64,000 nucleotides of DNA, taken from Fibrobacter sp. Its GTDB lineage: Bacteria > Fibrobacterota > Fibrobacteria > Fibrobacterales > Fibrobacteraceae. Positions within the stretch are counted from its first letter, which is position 1. The number at the start of each line of letters is the position of its first letter. Made by a program: the position numbers and the translations under genes. The notes under the pieces were generated by a model. That model was not told where the DNA came from. It ran no database searches and saw only the letters and a list, made by a program, of their open reading frames with translations. Shown piece after piece: positions 16,849 to 26,890 of the stretch. Where the stretch lies: positions 464-64,463 of the forward strand of contig JAKSIB010000017.1 of NCBI GenBank assembly GCA_024399065.1, written 5' to 3'.

Positions 16849-18105
16849 ATGCAATTATCTCCTAGTGTTCTGGCAGTAGTCTTGTTTATAGGGTTTGCCC
16901 TCGTGGTAGCTTTGGCTATTACGCATATGCTGATGCGTGGCCTGAAGGAAAAACAGAGCGCCTATGTGAGCTTTGCTGGACATGTGGATGAGTTCCTTTT
17001 GTTCATGTCCAGGGACGGTCTCCTTCAGGATGCCCTGCCAAAGTTTATCCAGGACCCTTTGTATGAGAGCCTGTGCCAAAAGAGAACTTTCGTGGAAGTC
17101 TTGACTTCTGAGGAAAATTCCCGCCTGCAGGAATACCTGAAGGGTGCCGAGGCTTATCCTGATATTCCGTTTATCTTTTCCTATAAAAATGAACAGGGAA
17201 ACCGTTGGTATGAATTGAGAGCTTCGTTGAAGAAGTCTTTCAGTAATAGCTACTGGGAACTTTTGATAAAGAATGTGACGTTGGATGTCGATTCCAGAAA
17301 TCAGCGCGATATTCTGCAGGATAAGGTGGACATGCTTTTGCAGAATACGGGCGATTTTCTATGGAGTTTTGATGTGGATACCCGTCAAATCACGTTGCTT
17401 ACCCCGATCGCCGATGAAGATGGCCGCGTGATTCCCAGGTCTACGGGCGTACAGGATATTCATTCCTTGTTGTTGGATGAAGAATATGCGATGTTTGAAC
17501 GCCGAATCAATGCTTGCGTTATGGCTTTCCGTGCGTCGAACAGAAATGCCGATGAACATACGAACATTAAATTGAGAGTAATCGGACCTGACCGAAAACT
17601 GATTTGGTACAGCTTCCGCTGCAAGGCTTACCTGGAAGAAAATTCCAAGCTTGTCATCAAGGGCTCGGCAAGACGCATGGACTTGCTCTTTGACAATCCG
17701 ATTTATGATGAGGTGGTGAATCTGGATGCCGCTATCGGAACTATGCTGTCTTTCCCGGATGTTCGAATTTTCTGTGTCGATAGAGAAAACAGGGTGGTGA
17801 GCTGCAACCAGGCCTTCGCCTTGGATTTTAAATTCCTTGATCCGGAAAAGACTTTTGGAAAGCGATTACTTGAAGTTGTCCGTCCCAAGTACTATGCCTT
17901 TATCCAGGGTACCCTTTCTGAGGTTTTTGAAAGCGGACGTTCCAAGTCCTGGAAGGGTCCGTTCAATAAGGAAAGTCGTCTTTTGTGGTTTAACGCCGTC
18001 CCTCTGACAAGACCTGATGGTTTTGTATATCGAGTTCTAGGTGTTTATATCCAAATGGACGAGGCTGATTTTAGAGATAATAAAAATATTAAGGAGTTCA
18101 TATGA
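16849..18105 (+). CDS. membrane-anchored multi-PAS protein
   Basis: N-terminal TM; PAS-like segments (GDFLWSFDVDT.., IFCVDRENRVVSCNQAF...NAVPLTRPDGFVYRVLGV); no kinase or GGDEF motifs seen. Confidence 0.7.
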   Translation: MQLSPSVLAVVLFIGFALVVALAITHMLMRGLKEKQSAYVSFAGHVDEFLLFMSRDGLLQDALPKFIQDPLYESLCQKRTFVEVLTSEENSRLQEYLKGAEAYPDIPFIFSYKNEQGNRWYELRASLKKSFSNSYWELLIKNVTLDVDSRNQRDILQDKVDMLLQNTGDFLWSFDVDTRQITLLTPIADEDGRVIPRSTGVQDIHSLLLDEEYAMFERRINACVMAFRASNRNADEHTNIKLRVIGPDRKLIWYSFRCKAYLEENSKLVIKGSARRMDLLFDNPIYDEVVNLDAAIGTMLSFPDVRIFCVDRENRVVSCNQAFALDFKFLDPEKTFGKRLLEVVRPKYYAFIQGTLSEVFESGRSKSWKGPFNKESRLLWFNAVPLTRPDGFVYRVLGVYIQMDEADFRDNKNIKEFI

Positions 18106-18581
18106 AAAAAAAGTTGATTTGCCTGCTTGCTGGTGCTGCTTTTATGCTGGCCGGTTGTAACGAACAGAAGGCTGAGGCTGCAAAGACTGAAGTAAAAACT
18201 GAAGCTGCAGCTCCCGCACAGCCGGCTCCTGCTCCGGCTGTAGAGGAAACTGCAAAGAATCCTCCTAAGGTGGGCAAGGTTTACGAAGGAAAGATTGCCG
18301 TTGTTGAATGGGCTGAAGCTCTGAAGATGGCGGAAAATGGTGGCATTTTCGTTGATGTCCGTAATCCTCCGGAATTGAACGATGGCTTTATCAAGGGCGA
18401 ACTCAATATTCCTATGCCGGAAATCAGACAGCGTATTGGCGAACTTCCCAAGGACAAGGACTTGCTGATTTTCTGCCGCTCTGGCCGTCGTAGCGAAGTT
18501 GTTGCAAACTTCCTTGTTCAGCAGGGTTATGACCGCGTGTACAATGTGCTGGGCGGATTCCTTGCTTATCCTCACAAGTAA
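18102..18581 (+). CDS. rhodanese-like lipoprotein
   Basis: Lipobox LAGC; DVRNP.E...G, active loop CRSGRRS, VYNVLGG. Confidence 0.9.
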   Translation: MKKKLICLLAGAAFMLAGCNEQKAEAAKTEVKTEAAAPAQPAPAPAVEETAKNPPKVGKVYEGKIAVVEWAEALKMAENGGIFVDVRNPPELNDGFIKGELNIPMPEIRQRIGELPKDKDLLIFCRSGRRSEVVANFLVQQGYDRVYNVLGGFLAYPHK

Positions 18582-18625
18582 TCGGGACGTAGATTACTTG
18601 CTGTCTTAGAACGAACGGAAGAGTC

Positions 18626-19921
18626 ATGTCTGAAATTGGCAACTACATGCGTTTGGCCTTGGAATGTTCTGTGCATTCCATTGGCGTGAGCCGCCCCAAT
18701 CCGGCGGTGGGTGCTGTTGTTGTCAAAGACGGAATCGTCGTGGGGAAGGGGCGGACGCAGCGCCCCGGGAGCGCCCATGCCGAGGTCATGGCGCTGCGTG
18801 ACGCGGGCGAGTTGGCCCGCGGCGCGGCCATTTATGTGACGCTTGAACCTTGCTGCCATTATGGCCGCACGCCCCCCTGCACAAAGGCCATCATTGACGC
18901 TGGAATTGCTGAAGTCTATTATGCCCACGGCGACCCCAACCCTGTTGTCCGCGGGAACAGTAGGGCTGTGCTGGAGGCCGCTGGCATCAAAGTCTACGAA
19001 GGCGTGGACGCCTGCATTCGTGCGGAGTTTGATGACCTTTCAAGTGAACTTTCCGGGGACAGTTCCGGTTTCCAGTGCCGCTGCCTAGACGATTCCGAAG
19101 GCTGTCGCACCGTCTCTGAAATCGAAGCTGCCGGTCGCGAAGTCTTCCACGACATCGAACGTTACTTCGAAGCCTACGATTACTTCGTCTGTAACAAGCG
19201 AACCTTTGTAGAAGTCAAGTGTGCCATTACCGACGAAGGCTCCATGGGGTACGTTTTGCCCAATGGTTCCAATAAGCCCATGAAAATCACAGGGGAGGGC
19301 GCCAACTGCTGGAACCATGAACTCCGCGCCATCAGCGACGCCATTCTCGTTGGGGCAGGAACTGTTCTCGCAGACAATCCTTCCTTGAACGTTCGCAATG
19401 CTGCCGGAAACGACCCCGTAAAAATCGTATGGGCCGGCCATCACGAATTTTCCAAGGCAGAAATTGCAACACTGAAAGTTTTCGGCTTATGTCGTTCTGA
19501 GCGAAGCGCATCGCGCGGAGTCGAAGGATCTAGCGATCCTGTAAAACAGACTCTCGTTTTCTCCTGCATCCCGCAGCCCGCAATTGAGTCTTCGGATTGC
19601 GCCGAGATCGTCCTGCTGTCCGTTGGCACCTTCGCAGAAAACTGGGCCTTGATGGTTGACGAACTTTCCGCCCGGGGCATGCACCGTCTCATGGTGGAGC
19701 CTGGTGCCGGCCTCGCCAAGCAATTGTTTGAAAACGGCGGTTGGAACCGCCTGGATCTCTGGCGCTCCACGGACCACACCATTGAAGATGCCCTGGCATC
19801 CTTCATTGACGAAGGCTCTGTGGCCAAGACCTTGGATTTTCCCGCTATTCCGGAAAAGCTCATTGCCAAGGAATCCTTCATGGTGGGCCCCGACGTTTTG
19901 ACCGTTTTTTATCCGGCATAA
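18626..19921 (+). CDS. ribD: bifunctional pyrimidine deaminase/reductase
   Basis: PNPAVGAV, HAEV, TLEPCCH.GRTPPC deaminase; LRAISDAILVGAGTVLADNPSL reductase. Confidence 0.93.
   Translation: MSEIGNYMRLALECSVHSIGVSRPNPAVGAVVVKDGIVVGKGRTQRPGSAHAEVMALRDAGELARGAAIYVTLEPCCHYGRTPPCTKAIIDAGIAEVYYAHGDPNPVVRGNSRAVLEAAGIKVYEGVDACIRAEFDDLSSELSGDSSGFQCRCLDDSEGCRTVSEIEAAGREVFHDIERYFEAYDYFVCNKRTFVEVKCAITDEGSMGYVLPNGSNKPMKITGEGANCWNHELRAISDAILVGAGTVLADNPSLNVRNAAGNDPVKIVWAGHHEFSKAEIATLKVFGLCRSERSASRGVEGSSDPVKQTLVFSCIPQPAIESSDCAEIVLLSVGTFAENWALMVDELSARGMHRLMVEPGAGLAKQLFENGGWNRLDLWRSTDHTIEDALASFIDEGSVAKTLDFPAIPEKLIAKESFMVGPDVLTVFYPA
19490..19531 (+). repeat. GTC-tagged palindromic repeat, in frame in ribD
   Basis: TGTCGTTCTGAGCGAAGCGCATCGCGCGGAGTCGAAGGATCT; same ends as the copy at 54745. 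Confidence 0.75.
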
Positions 19922-19959
19922 TTTTTATAGATTAAGGCTGAATAAACGGGGAGGTTTGT

Positions 19960-20811
19960 ATGATTTTTTCGATAAAAGTCTGTTTGATTTCTTTTTTCAT
20001 TTTACTTCTTTCTTCGTGTGGGAATGGTGGCTCCAGCAGTTCAGCCCTTGATGGTGGTGACAGTTCTTCTTCCCAGTGTTCCTCATCTTCCTTGTCAAAG
20101 GAAAGTTCTTCTAGCGAAAATGAAAAGCCTGGATATGTGACGGATAGTCGTGACGGTCAGGTGTATCGAATCGAAAAAATCGGATACCAGATTTGGATGG
20201 CCGAAAACCTGAACTATCGTTATCTCGCCAAGACCTCGCAACTGGATTCGTCGAGTTTCTGCTATGACAATGACTCCTTGAATTGCGAAAAGTATGGTAG
20301 GTTGTATTCCTGGTCTGCAGCCATGGATTCTTCTTCTGAATTTGGCTCCAAAGGTGCTGGTTGTGGCTTCAATAAGGAATGCAAGCCAAAGGGATTTGTG
20401 AGAGGTGTGTGTCCTGAGGGGTGGCATTTGCCGACCGATGGGGAATGGATGACCTTGGTTTCGTTTGTAGGCGATAAGTCTCTTGCAGGTAAGGAACTGA
20501 AGTCCACCGATGGCTGGGGGTCCTATGGGGAATCCCGTAGCGGTAATGGTGTGGATACCTATGCTTTTGCAGCTCTGCCAGCAGGTATTCGCGTTGGAAT
20601 GACAAACGAGATTTACGATGAGTACGATGACATCTATTTTACCATAGGAAATTACGAGCAACTCGGTGGTATGGCTTGTTTTTGGAGTTCCACCGAAGAC
20701 GGTAAAGACTATGGTTATTACTGGATGTTTAGTCTTGGAAACTCTGTGGGAAATGCCTGGGTTGATAAGAGCATCGGATGTTCAGTTCGTTGCGTAAAGG
20801 ATTCTGAGTAG
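19960..20811 (+). CDS. Fibrobacter succinogenes major paralogous domain (FISUMP) lipoprotein
   Basis: Lipobox LSSC, Ser-rich linker, DSRDGQVY...QIWMAENLNY, YGRLYSW, CPEGWHLP, FWSSTE, SVRCVKD. Confidence 0.92.
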   Translation: MIFSIKVCLISFFILLLSSCGNGGSSSSALDGGDSSSSQCSSSSLSKESSSSENEKPGYVTDSRDGQVYRIEKIGYQIWMAENLNYRYLAKTSQLDSSSFCYDNDSLNCEKYGRLYSWSAAMDSSSEFGSKGAGCGFNKECKPKGFVRGVCPEGWHLPTDGEWMTLVSFVGDKSLAGKELKSTDGWGSYGESRSGNGVDTYAFAALPAGIRVGMTNEIYDEYDDIYFTIGNYEQLGGMACFWSSTEDGKDYGYYWMFSLGNSVGNAWVDKSIGCSVRCVKDSE

Positions 20812-20951
20812 AGTACATATTGGTGGATGTTAGTTTTAGCTAACTTGCAGTGCTGGTCCGACCCAAAATCATCCCCAAAAGCCGTTTTCAACCCGCTTTT
20901 CTTAAATCTTTAACCTTTAACCTTTCCGCTTTTTGCTAAATATGTGCCCGT

Positions 20952-21551
20952 ATGTTTACAGGTATTATTCAAAGTACGGGAACCATCCTTTCTCTTGAAA
21001 CAAGAGGGGATGCTCTCACCATGCGCTTATCAGCACCCGGTTTCTTCAAGGGCTGCAATCTGGGCGATAGTGTAGCTAACGACGGCGTCTGTCTTTCTAT
21101 CGAAAGTTGCTCCGACGACGAGGCTACCTTCTGCCTTATGCACCAGACGGTGGAAAACACCTCCTTTAAGCAGGCTGAACCGGGTAAACTTGTGAATCTG
21201 GAAAAGGCTTGCCGTGCGGATTCCTTCATGGGCGGACATTTTGTCATGGGCCATGTGGATACTTCCGTAAAGGTCTTGGCCGTTGCCAACCGCGAAACTG
21301 GGGTAGAGGTGGACTTGGAACTTCCCAAAGACCTGCGCCGCTATGTGATTCGCCGCGGTTCAGTGTCCCTCAACGGCATTAGTCTTACTGTTGCCGAAAA
21401 GTTCGAGGATTCCATCCGCGTGTGCATTATTCCAGAAACCCTCGCCAGAACCAATTTGCGTAACTGGGTGCCCGGCACTATTGTGAATGTTGAAGTAGAC
21501 ATGCTTGGCAAATATATCGAGAATTATTTGAAGGAGCGTGACCTTGCTTAG
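20952..21551 (+). CDS. ribE: riboflavin synthase
   Basis: MFTGII N-terminus, [25 protein letters not shown]. Confidence 0.95.
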   Translation: MFTGIIQSTGTILSLETRGDALTMRLSAPGFFKGCNLGDSVANDGVCLSIESCSDDEATFCLMHQTVENTSFKQAEPGKLVNLEKACRADSFMGGHFVMGHVDTSVKVLAVANRETGVEVDLELPKDLRRYVIRRGSVSLNGISLTVAEKFEDSIRVCIIPETLARTNLRNWVPGTIVNVEVDMLGKYIENYLKERDLA

Positions 21552-22749
21552 TACGATCGAAGAAGCCCTTGAGGATTTCAAGGCCGGTAAATTCCTTATC
21601 GTTGTTGATGACGAAGAACGTGAAAACGAAGGCGACTTTATAATTGCCGCCGAGAAGATTACACCGGAAAAGGTGAACTTCATGCTCCACGAGGGCCGTG
21701 GCGTCCTTTGCTGCCCGCTGCCCATCAACCGTTGTCATGAACTGAATTTGACCCGCCAGACTGCCGAAAACACTTCTATTCTTGGCACTCCGTTCACCAT
21801 CATGGTGGATAAGATTGAAGGCTGCACCACCGGTGTTTCCGCCCATGACCGTGCCGCAACCATCTTGGCTCTGGCCGATCCCAATTCCAAGCCCAGCGAT
21901 TTTGGCCGCCCCGGCCATATTTCCCCGCTGTATGCCCAGGAAGAAGGCGTGCTCCGCCGTGCTGGCCATACCGAAGCTGCTGTGGACTTGGCAAAGCTTG
22001 CTGGACTTCGCCCCGCTGCCGCCCTCATTGAAATCATGAATGAAGACGGCACCATGGCCCGTATGCCCCAGTTGCAGGAAGTGGCCAAGAAGTTCGACCT
22101 GAAGATTATCTCTATCCACGACTTGATCGCCTACCGCCTGAAAACGGAAAAGCTGGTGCAGCGTGTGGCTGCTCCCAACGTTCCTACCAAGTACGGCGAC
22201 TTCAAGGCCTACGCCTACCGCAGCACCACCGATGGTGTGGAACATGTGGCATGGGTGGCTGGTAACCCCGACTTTTCAAAGCCGGTCTATGTCCGCGTTC
22301 ATAGTGAATGCTTGACTGGCGATATTTTTGGCAGCATGCGTTGCGATTGCGGTGAGCAGTTGGAAGCCTCTATGAAGTTCATTGGTGAACATGGCGGCGT
22401 GCTTCTGTACCTTCGCGGTCAGGAAGGCCGTGGCATTGGCCTTTGCAACAAGCTCCGTGCCTATGAACTCCAGGAAAAGGGTATGGATACTGTGGAAGCC
22501 AACATCAAATTGGGTTTCAAGTCCGACCTGCGCCAGTACGGTACCGGTGCCCAGATTCTGGCTGATTTGGGTGTTCGTCAGATGCGTCTTCTGACCAACA
22601 ATCCCAGTAAGATTAGCGGCATTTCCGCCTACGGCTTGGAAATTGTGGAACGCGTTCCTATCGAAATCAAACCCAACAAGATCAACCGCTATTACTTGCA
22701 GACCAAGAAAGACAAGATGGGCCACGACCTGAAGTTGGACGAGGCATAA
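21538..22749 (+). CDS. ribBA: DHBP synthase / GTP cyclohydrolase II
   Basis: [28 protein letters not shown]...[17 protein letters not shown]. Confidence 0.97.
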   Translation: MTLLSTIEEALEDFKAGKFLIVVDDEERENEGDFIIAAEKITPEKVNFMLHEGRGVLCCPLPINRCHELNLTRQTAENTSILGTPFTIMVDKIEGCTTGVSAHDRAATILALADPNSKPSDFGRPGHISPLYAQEEGVLRRAGHTEAAVDLAKLAGLRPAAALIEIMNEDGTMARMPQLQEVAKKFDLKIISIHDLIAYRLKTEKLVQRVAAPNVPTKYGDFKAYAYRSTTDGVEHVAWVAGNPDFSKPVYVRVHSECLTGDIFGSMRCDCGEQLEASMKFIGEHGGVLLYLRGQEGRGIGLCNKLRAYELQEKGMDTVEANIKLGFKSDLRQYGTGAQILADLGVRQMRLLTNNPSKISGISAYGLEIVERVPIEIKPNKINRYYLQTKKDKMGHDLKLDEA

Positions 22750-22758
22750 GGAAGAATT

Positions 22759-23226
22759 ATGAACGAACTGAAGAATTCTCTGAATGGTAACGGAATGAAG
22801 GTGGCTATCGCCGTCGCTCGTTTCAATGAAATCGTTACGGACAAGCTCTTGGAAGGTGCAGTCCGTCAGTTGACCACTCTCGGTGTTGCCGACAAGGACA
22901 TCACCGTGGCTCATGTTCCGGGTGCTTTCGAACTTCCGGGCATCTGCCGCCGCTTCGTGGATTCCGGCAAGTACGACGCCGTGATGGCTCTTGGTGCTGT
23001 GATCCGCGGCGAAACAAGCCACTATGACGTGGTGGTGAACAACTCCACCGGCGGTATTGCAAATATCGCCGCCGAAGGCAAGGTCCCCATGATTCTAGGC
23101 ATCCTGACTACCGACACTGTGGATCAGGCCATGAACCGCGCTGGCCTCAAGGCTGGCAACCTGGGTTGCAGCTGGGCTTCCACCGCTGTGGAAATGGCAA
23201 ACCTCTACAAGCAGATCAAGAAGTAG
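22759..23226 (+). CDS. ribH: 6,7-dimethyl-8-ribityllumazine synthase
   Basis: ARFNE, VPGAFELP, GAVIRGETSHY motifs. Confidence 0.97.
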   Translation: MNELKNSLNGNGMKVAIAVARFNEIVTDKLLEGAVRQLTTLGVADKDITVAHVPGAFELPGICRRFVDSGKYDAVMALGAVIRGETSHYDVVVNNSTGGIANIAAEGKVPMILGILTTDTVDQAMNRAGLKAGNLGCSWASTAVEMANLYKQIKK

Positions 23227-23308
23227 TTCGCTCAGTCTCGTATAATAGCTCGCGACGCTTTATAAGATTTTAAGTAAAGAAAAACGCAATAACTGGAAAA
23301 ATCGTTTT

Positions 23309-23746
23309 ATGGCACAAATCAGTTATAGACCCGCACGCGTATTTGCAATGCAGTTGCTCTACGCTATGGAAATTACAGGACAGACCGTTGGTCAGGCTCT
23401 TCCGGGCGTTCTGGAAGCACAGCCTCTTCAGGATAACCAGAAGAAGTATGGCATGAAGCTGGTGGACCTGGTTCAGGAACACAAGGCCGAACTGGAAGAA
23501 TCCCTGAAGACAAATTCTGTCCACTGGGAATTGGACCGCATTGCCCGCATCGATCGCCTTGTCCTTTTCATCGCTATGGTGGAATTGAGTTACATCCCGG
23601 AAATTCCCATGAAGGTGGCTATTACTGAAGCTGTGCAGATTGCTTCCAAGTTCAGCACCGATGGTTCTGATGGTTTTGTTAATGGTATCTTGGCTGGCTT
23701 TATGCAGAGCCGCGGCATGACTGCCCCCGAATCTAAGGAGAAGTAA
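23309..23746 (+). CDS. nusB: transcription antitermination factor
   Basis: ARVFAMQLLYA, W.L.RIA.IDR, VAITEAV.IA.KF....S..FVNGIL; follows ribH. Confidence 0.93.
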   Translation: MAQISYRPARVFAMQLLYAMEITGQTVGQALPGVLEAQPLQDNQKKYGMKLVDLVQEHKAELEESLKTNSVHWELDRIARIDRLVLFIAMVELSYIPEIPMKVAITEAVQIASKFSTDGSDGFVNGILAGFMQSRGMTAPESKEK

Positions 23747-23748
23747 TC

Positions 23749-26700
23749 GTGTTGAAAGAAAAGTGGATGAAGCATGTCTTTGCAGGAATCTCCTGCTTTA
23801 TCGCTCTTATTATTTACTGCCTCACCATGGCTCCCACCGTGAGCTTCTGGGACTGCGGTGAATTCGTTGCTTGCGCAAATACCCTCGGTATTCCTCATCC
23901 TCCTGGAACTCCGTTCTTCGTGTTCCTGGCCCGTGCGGTGATTGTACTTCTTCCCTTTGTTGAAGAAATCGCAAAGCGTGTGAACTACATTTCCGTGGTG
24001 AGCTCCGCTGCCACTGTTTATGTGACCGCTCTCTTCGCTTGGGAACTTTTGGCCATCGTCCTGGATTCCGCCAAGGAAAAGGGTGAAGGCATTGTGGAAC
24101 GTCTCGCCGACAAGATTTCCGGCAAGACCCGCACCATAGTTCTCGGTACCGCAGCTCTCGTTGCTGGTTTCCTCCTGACTTTCTCCGACACCTTCTGGTT
24201 CAACGCTGTTGAAGCTGAAGTGTACGGCATCGCCATGTTCATCTTGATGTTGGTCTCTTACCTCGGCCTCGTGTGGTACAAGCAGAAGGACGACGAAGAT
24301 TCCAGCGACCGCATCTTGATTTTCATTTGCTACATCGCATTCCTCGGTGTTGGCGCCCACCTTTACACCATGCTTACTGTTCCTGCAGTATTCGTGTTGC
24401 TCCTGGTGGCTCAGCCGAAAAAGATCGTGGAACGCATTCCTGTGTGGATTACTGGTACGCTCCTCTGCTCCGTGATCTACATGGTTTCCGCTTTCATTGA
24501 AATCTCCCTGGCTTGCCTTGTTGTTCTCGCTATCCTCGCTGTTGCAAAGCCTTTCAAGGCTGGCATGAACCGTAGCGTTCGCCTTTCCCTGGCTTTTGCT
24601 TTCTTCGCCCTCATCGGCTATAGCACCCACCTTTATATTCCTATCCGTTCTGAACTGAACCCGACCATCGACGAAAACAACCCGGAAATCAACATCCGTG
24701 ATGACCAGGGCAACCTGCAGTTGGGTAACCTCTTCAAGGCTGAAAACTGGGATGCCTTCAACGCATTTATCGAACGTAAGCAGTATGGCTCCGAAAGCAT
24801 GATTAGCCGTGCCTTCTACCGCCGCGCCCGTACCGCCCACCAGTTCCTCAGCTTCCCGCACATGGGCTTCGGTGGCTACCAGATGGCTCAGTACCTGCCG
24901 TACAAGGTGGGCGAGGTGAACTATGCTAACGGCGTCTATACCTTCGATGCAGGCGACAACCAGCCGGTGGAACGCCTTGGCTTCAAGTTCCCCACGCAGA
25001 TGAGCATGATGGGTGACAACACCTTCAGCCAGTTCCTTGTATTCCTTATCTTTAACGGCCTCCTGGTGATGGTTTGCGTATTCTGCTGGAAGCGCAATTC
25101 CAAGGTGGGCCTCTTCATGTCGGTCCTCTATGCACTCTGCTCCCTCGGCCTGTTGTTCTACATCAACTTCGCCGATGGTACCCGCATGGAACAGCGTGAC
25201 CATGACTACTGGGTAAGCGTCATGAGCCGCAATGTTCAAGACTTGAACAGCCGCGGTGCAGGCATTTCTTCTCTCCCGGATCCCAACGACTTGATCGACA
25301 TGCGTCAGAATATTGAACATGCCAAGATCCGTCAGGAAATGCTGAAGGCTCGTGGTGCCGATGCTAACGCTTTGGCTTCCATCCAGAAGGAAATCGAAGG
25401 CTATGAAAATTCCGCTGTCTGGCAGAACTGGCGCAAGATTGAAAACGGTTTTGCCCAGGTGGGTCAGCGCGCTCCGTTCCCGGAAGCAGTCCATCTTGAA
25501 GTCCGTGAACGTGACTACTTCTACACTCCGGCATTCATTGTCATGAGCCTTATTTTCGGTGTTGGCGCAGGTATCCTGGTGTTCCTCACTGCAACTGGTA
25601 CCATGGCAACCCTCGCAACTCCGCTGGCAGCAGCCCTCGTGCTTGTTTCCTTTATGGTGCCCTGCATTTCAAACTACAAGGAACATGACCGTTCCGGCCT
25701 CTGGGTTCCTTGGGATTATGCATACAACCTGTTGAACAGCTGCCGCCCCAACGCTATCCTCTTTACCAACGGAGATAACGATACCTTCCCGCTGTGGTTT
25801 GCACAGGAAGTTGCCGGTATTCGTAAGGACGTTCGCGTGGTGAACCTGTCTTTGGGTAACACCGACTGGTACATCAAGCAGATGCTTGAAAACGAACCGA
25901 TCCTTAAGCTCTCTTACGACAAGGCTGCCATTGACCGCGACATGGTCCTGGACAACAGCTCTGCAAATAACCCCAACCACCAGACTTCTACCTGGGTGAA
26001 GAATGCTAACCGCTTGATGCCGCAGCTCAAGCAGCGCATCGATGCTATGGAAGGCCAGCAGCTTTCTGCTGCAGATTCCGCCAAGCTCCTCCAGTTCAAG
26101 GTCCACTATCAAGTTTGGGATGCATTCACCGAATGGGCTGCACGTACTCGTAGCTCCATGATGCTCACTCAGCATAAGTTGGTTATTGACCTTGCTCTCC
26201 AGAACATGGACCGCCCCATTGAAATTTCTACCACAGTGGGCATGTCCAACTTCATGGGTCTTGAAAAGTACATGGTCCAGGAAGGCATGGTGTACAACTT
26301 CGTGAAGGGCGACCTTTCCGCTCGTCGTAACGACTTTGACGCCGCCTACACTGCAGGCTTGATTGACTCTGTCTACAAGTTCCGTGGCCTCGGCGACGGA
26401 ACCGCCTACATCAACGACGAAACTGAACGTCTGCTCTCCAGCTACATCTCTTTGTACCTGCAGATTTCCTTCAATGCTCGCGACCAGATTGAAAAGCTCC
26501 GCAACACCCATCCGTTCACTGCAGCAGTCAAGGCTGAAGTGGATAGCTTGGCTCTGTCCGCAGGCAAGTACCTGGAAATGGGCATGAAGCAGTTCCCGAA
26601 GGAATGGCGTAACTACTGGGCTGCCGCATTTGTCTACCAGGCTGCCGGCATGAAGAAGGAAGCCTTGGACGCTGCAACCCGCGGTCTCCAGAATGTTCCT

Positions 26701-26877
26701 TCCTTCGAAGAAGGTGGTCTTGCTCGCTTGAATATGGCTGTTCGTCAGATTGAAAACATGTCCGACGAACCGCTGAAGGTCGAAGAACCTGCTCCCGCAG
26801 TAGAAGCCAAGGCTGAAGATTCCGCCAAGGCCGACGAACCTGTTGTGGAAGAACCCGTTTTTGACGCTGTAAACTAA
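23749..26877 (+). CDS. DUF2723 (GT117/TMEM260-like) polytopic glycosyltransferase
   Basis: APTVSFWDCGEF...LGIPHPPG, FWFNAVEAEVY, LFTNGDNDTFPLW; TPR-like C-terminus. Confidence 0.85.
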   Translation: MLKEKWMKHVFAGISCFIALIIYCLTMAPTVSFWDCGEFVACANTLGIPHPPGTPFFVFLARAVIVLLPFVEEIAKRVNYISVVSSAATVYVTALFAWELLAIVLDSAKEKGEGIVERLADKISGKTRTIVLGTAALVAGFLLTFSDTFWFNAVEAEVYGIAMFILMLVSYLGLVWYKQKDDEDSSDRILIFICYIAFLGVGAHLYTMLTVPAVFVLLLVAQPKKIVERIPVWITGTLLCSVIYMVSAFIEISLACLVVLAILAVAKPFKAGMNRSVRLSLAFAFFALIGYSTHLYIPIRSELNPTIDENNPEINIRDDQGNLQLGNLFKAENWDAFNAFIERKQYGSESMISRAFYRRARTAHQFLSFPHMGFGGYQMAQYLPYKVGEVNYANGVYTFDAGDNQPVERLGFKFPTQMSMMGDNTFSQFLVFLIFNGLLVMVCVFCWKRNSKVGLFMSVLYALCSLGLLFYINFADGTRMEQRDHDYWVSVMSRNVQDLNSRGAGISSLPDPNDLIDMRQNIEHAKIRQEMLKARGADANALASIQKEIEGYENSAVWQNWRKIENGFAQVGQRAPFPEAVHLEVRERDYFYTPAFIVMSLIFGVGAGILVFLTATGTMATLATPLAAALVLVSFMVPCISNYKEHDRSGLWVPWDYAYNLLNSCRPNAILFTNGDNDTFPLWFAQEVAGIRKDVRVVNLSLGNTDWYIKQMLENEPILKLSYDKAAIDRDMVLDNSSANNPNHQTSTWVKNANRLMPQLKQRIDAMEGQQLSAADSAKLLQFKVHYQVWDAFTEWAARTRSSMMLTQHKLVIDLALQNMDRPIEISTTVGMSNFMGLEKYMVQEGMVYNFVKGDLSARRNDFDAAYTAGLIDSVYKFRGLGDGTAYINDETERLLSSYISLYLQISFNARDQIEKLRNTHPFTAAVKAEVDSLALSAGKYLEMGMKQFPKEWRNYWAAAFVYQAAGMKKEALDAATRGLQNVPSFEEGGLARLNMAVRQIENMSDEPLKVEEPAPAVEAKAEDSAKADEPVVEEPVFDAVN

Positions 26878-26890
26878 TTCGAGGTTTCGA

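Noticed and set aside
18582-18625. FMN riboswitch before ribD
   Set aside because: The gap is only 44 nt and lacks the conserved FMN aptamer sequence; none was recognised before ribE either.
23590-25494. 634-aa antisense ORF (and 25669-27075, 7503-9149, 11140-12396, 34756-36234, 40914-42332)
   Set aside because: All lie opposite well-supported genes with strong third-position bias, which suppresses antisense stops; no independent motifs or RBS.
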